Assembly (NCBI GenBank): GCA_002269645.1
Contig: NIVC01000044.1
Span: 62,001-126,000, forward strand
DNA length: 64,000 bases
Reading direction: 5' to 3'
Source of the DNA: Macrostomum lignano
Lineage: Eukaryota
The stretch's first letter is position 1; each line of letters starts with the position of its first letter. The notes under the pieces are model-generated. The model searched no databases. It was given only the letters and a program-made list of their open reading frames with translations, and was not told where the DNA came from. Shown here in pieces: positions 61,293 to 64,000 of this stretch. Position numbers and translations under genes: made by a program.

Positions 61293-62460
61293 CGTGCAGG
61301 CAGAGATGCTGAAGTTAGCAGGGCTTTGGTGAAACTGCAGATCAAACACCGTTGATGCTCTGTGCTTACTGGCAGCCTTTGGTCTTGGTGTAATTTGGAA
61401 GCCTTCGCTTGGATCGCAACTTTAATAGCCCTGCCCGCGCCCTCTGCCTGGGGGAGAGAGAGCGATTTCGGAACAGCGCGCCTGCCTGCCCTCCAACCCC
61501 CACCCCCATGGATCCGCCCAGCCAATGGGCGCGCGACCTGGCTGGCGGCCCACCCCACAACCCCATTTTACTCCAACAAACCGACAACACCTCGCAAGCG
61601 GCCGTCCAAGTTCCAACAGGCGGCGCCTTGCCTTTCCCCTCAAGGCCTTCTCACCCACCACATCTTGCATAAGAGGACTTGCGCAAGCTGATTTAGCGTA
61701 ACTAAACCCCCGCCGCGGCCGCAAGTCGGCCTCCTCCCCTTTCTCTAATGCGCCCCTTGTTGTCTTCTCTCTTATATAGTTTTAGTTTAGTCCCGTCCTT
61801 ATACATACGCCACGAACACAATACTACTATGAAAACTAAACCAAAGGCAGCTGCGCCCACCCCAACCACCCGGCGGCTTGTCACATCATTTTCACTTCGC
61901 TCCCTGGGTGGGAGGGTGTCGAGGGGAGTCGGAGACGAAATAAGGGGGGGGATAAAATGCTGGTCTATGGAGGGAAGGAAGGAATGCCTTAAAATCCCCA
62001 GAGGCCATGACAATCGCCTTGGCGGCTTGTGCAACTCGTGTGCCTTTATGACCCATTAAGCTAAACATTCAGCGCTTCGGCCATGAATATCCTCAGATAT
62101 TCATTCCCAACCCTTCCCAATTCCCAATTCCCAATCCCATTCCATTCCCCTGGTTCCACCCCGCCCCTAGCTCTCTCGGTTAGATCAGATCCTCTTACTC
62201 CTCTAAGTAATAATAATACTAAATGCTCGTGTATTCTATAAGGATTTAGTAGATTAACTATTAGTAGTTCGTATGAGATATCTAAGTGAAATATTGTGGG
62301 CTTACTACATGTAAATACGTCAGGAATGTCAAAGGAGCCACTTGGGAATGTCAGAGCAAACTACTTCGAATGTCAGGGTCAAATTGCTTATCTCACCTTA
62401 TGGATTTCCAAATCCAAATGAATGAAGCAAGCATCGTCCGAGGTTCTCAAGTTTATCGAG

Positions 62461-62740
62461 GTTGTAGTTACGCTCGTAGAACGTTGGACTCACGACTTAA
62501 ACGTCGGGGGTTCGATTCCAGATCACACTGGAACAACTTGTGTCCTTGAGCAAGAGCTGTAAAATGGGTGCCAGCATTAGCTGCGGTAATTGAGGGTGTG
62601 TTTTGCGATACTCCCCAGACCTTGGACTGAACAGCCGTACGCAGCCTTCAGATGCGCCGCGCAATAGCTGCGGCTGAGCTGTCAGTTGCACAGCTGGCCC
62701 AATTGGGGCAGGTGTAATCAATTATTATTATTATTATTAT
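62461..62740 (+). mobile_element. tRNA-derived SINE with conserved central-domain-like motifs and (ATT)n tail
   Basis: Pol III B-box GGTTCGATTCC at 62509-62519 after a tRNA-like head. TGTGTCCTTGAGCAAG at 62539-62554 and CTGTAAAATGGG at 62557-62568 resemble V-/Meta-/CORE-SINE central motifs. (ATT)n tail at 62721-62740. 5' end approximate. Confidence 0.7.
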
Positions 62741-63459
62741 CAAGAAAAACTATCAATTCTGGAGAAAGTGCATGGCAATTCTCATAACAGATTTGTTTTT
62801 TTGCCCAGCGCTTCATGGGGTTTTGCCATAGACAAATTTGGTCGAGAAAAACCCTTCTATAGAAAAAAGCGTTCTTCTAAGTAAGTTGTCCATGGACCCA
62901 TTGACACCATTTGCAGTGAATAATTAACTTTCCTTGATTAACTCATGAGGTTTTGTTTAAAGGCTCAAATAAAGTGTCGTGTCTAGAGATGTGTGCACAG
63001 CGCATCATATGTTAGTTATATCATGATCGAATAAATATTGATATTATATTAAAGTCGTCATTAAGCAAGTCAAATATCAAGCATCATGGATGCAATTCCC
63101 TCGCGGGTGGGCCCGACTGATTCGAATGGACCCAACCAGCAAAAGGCCACGAAAGTTTGAGGCTTAAGCGCGTGAGAAACAAAGAGAATTTGTAAAGTAA
63201 TTAGCGCGACTGTCACCTTTGCACCACCTCAAGAAAACCTATAGGTGCGAAAGCTTGAAGCCCAACGAGTGTCAAAGGCTGACTGACTCATTCGGCTTTT
63301 GCTATACACGCGACTATTCGTTTTTGAAAGCTAAAAAATTCTTAAATAATGTTAAGTCGCTCCAAGGCCTATACTCGTATTATACACGTAATTAATATAT
63401 TATTTTAGGCGCTTCAACCTTGAGGCGGCGAGTCGCAATAGCCAGGAGCTGCCGATCTA

Positions 63460-63795
63460 CGATCTAGGGGTTGCCAATCTAGGGGTTGCCGATCTAGGGG
63501 TTGCCAATCTAGGGGTTGCCAATCTAGGGGTTGCCGATCTAGGGGTTGCCAATCTAGGGGTTGCCAATCTAGGGGTTGCCGATCTAGGGGTTGCCAATCT
63601 AGGGGTTGCCGATCTAGAGGTTGCCAATCTATGGGTTGCCAATCTAGGGGTTGCCGATCTAGGGGTTGCCAATCTAGGGGTTGCCGATCTAGAGGTTGCC
63701 AATCTAGGGGTTGCCGATCTAGGGGTTGCCGATCTAGGGGTTGCCGATCTAGAGGTTGCCAATCTAGGGGTTGCCGATCTAGAGTTTGCCAATCT
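63460..63795. repeat. 15-bp minisatellite (ctaggggttgccaat/gat)
   Basis: Seen directly. Confidence 0.95.
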
Positions 63796-64000
63796 AATAA
63801 GCGCCAATCTAGGTGGGGAAGAAAAAATCTAAGAGGTGATAAATAATTTATTTAGACAGGTGCCAAACCAAATCACAGCTCTGCCAATGCCAAAAGACTT
63901 ACTGATGGGGCCTGTTAGTTGACCTGGATTTCACTCTATTTGGTAAAATGAAATTCAAGCGATCAGATATTTGTCTGTCAGTCCCCTGCCCGGATTCGTG

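Noticed and set aside
62461-62540. tRNA gene
   Set aside because: A B-box is present but I cannot close an acceptor stem, and the sequence continues into SINE-type body and tail.

Overview
Eukaryotic genomic DNA with spliced genes: GC-rich, Ala/Gly/Gln/Ser-rich exons separated by introns and spacers full of minisatellites. This style suggests a flatworm such as Macrostomum, which is an inference, not proven. Six multi-exon genes can be assembled by hand with GT-AG junctions and open frames. Minus strand: a 7-EC protocadherin (14665 to ~5698), TANGO1/MIA3 (27413-21126), SMG7 (34305-29203) and FAM114A (39142-36291). Plus strand: an AKR1-type aldo-keto reductase (41940-44158) and an SV2/SVOP-like MFS transporter (44999-52008). 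There is also an intronless orphan ORF (61292-60549). Mobile DNA: a 5'-truncated LINE with an unusually long ~257-bp flanking duplication, a Harbinger-like MITE and a tRNA-derived SINE. About 36 tandem arrays cover roughly 35-40% of the window by my coordinate estimate. The most notable structure is that 17 of 20 introns carry an array, mostly each with its own unit. Several array families recur in inverted orientation, including a pair bracketing SMG7 exons 1-3. No CRISPR or prokaryotic system is present, and most long ORFs in the track are repeat artefacts. Array boundaries are approximate (about +/-15 bp).
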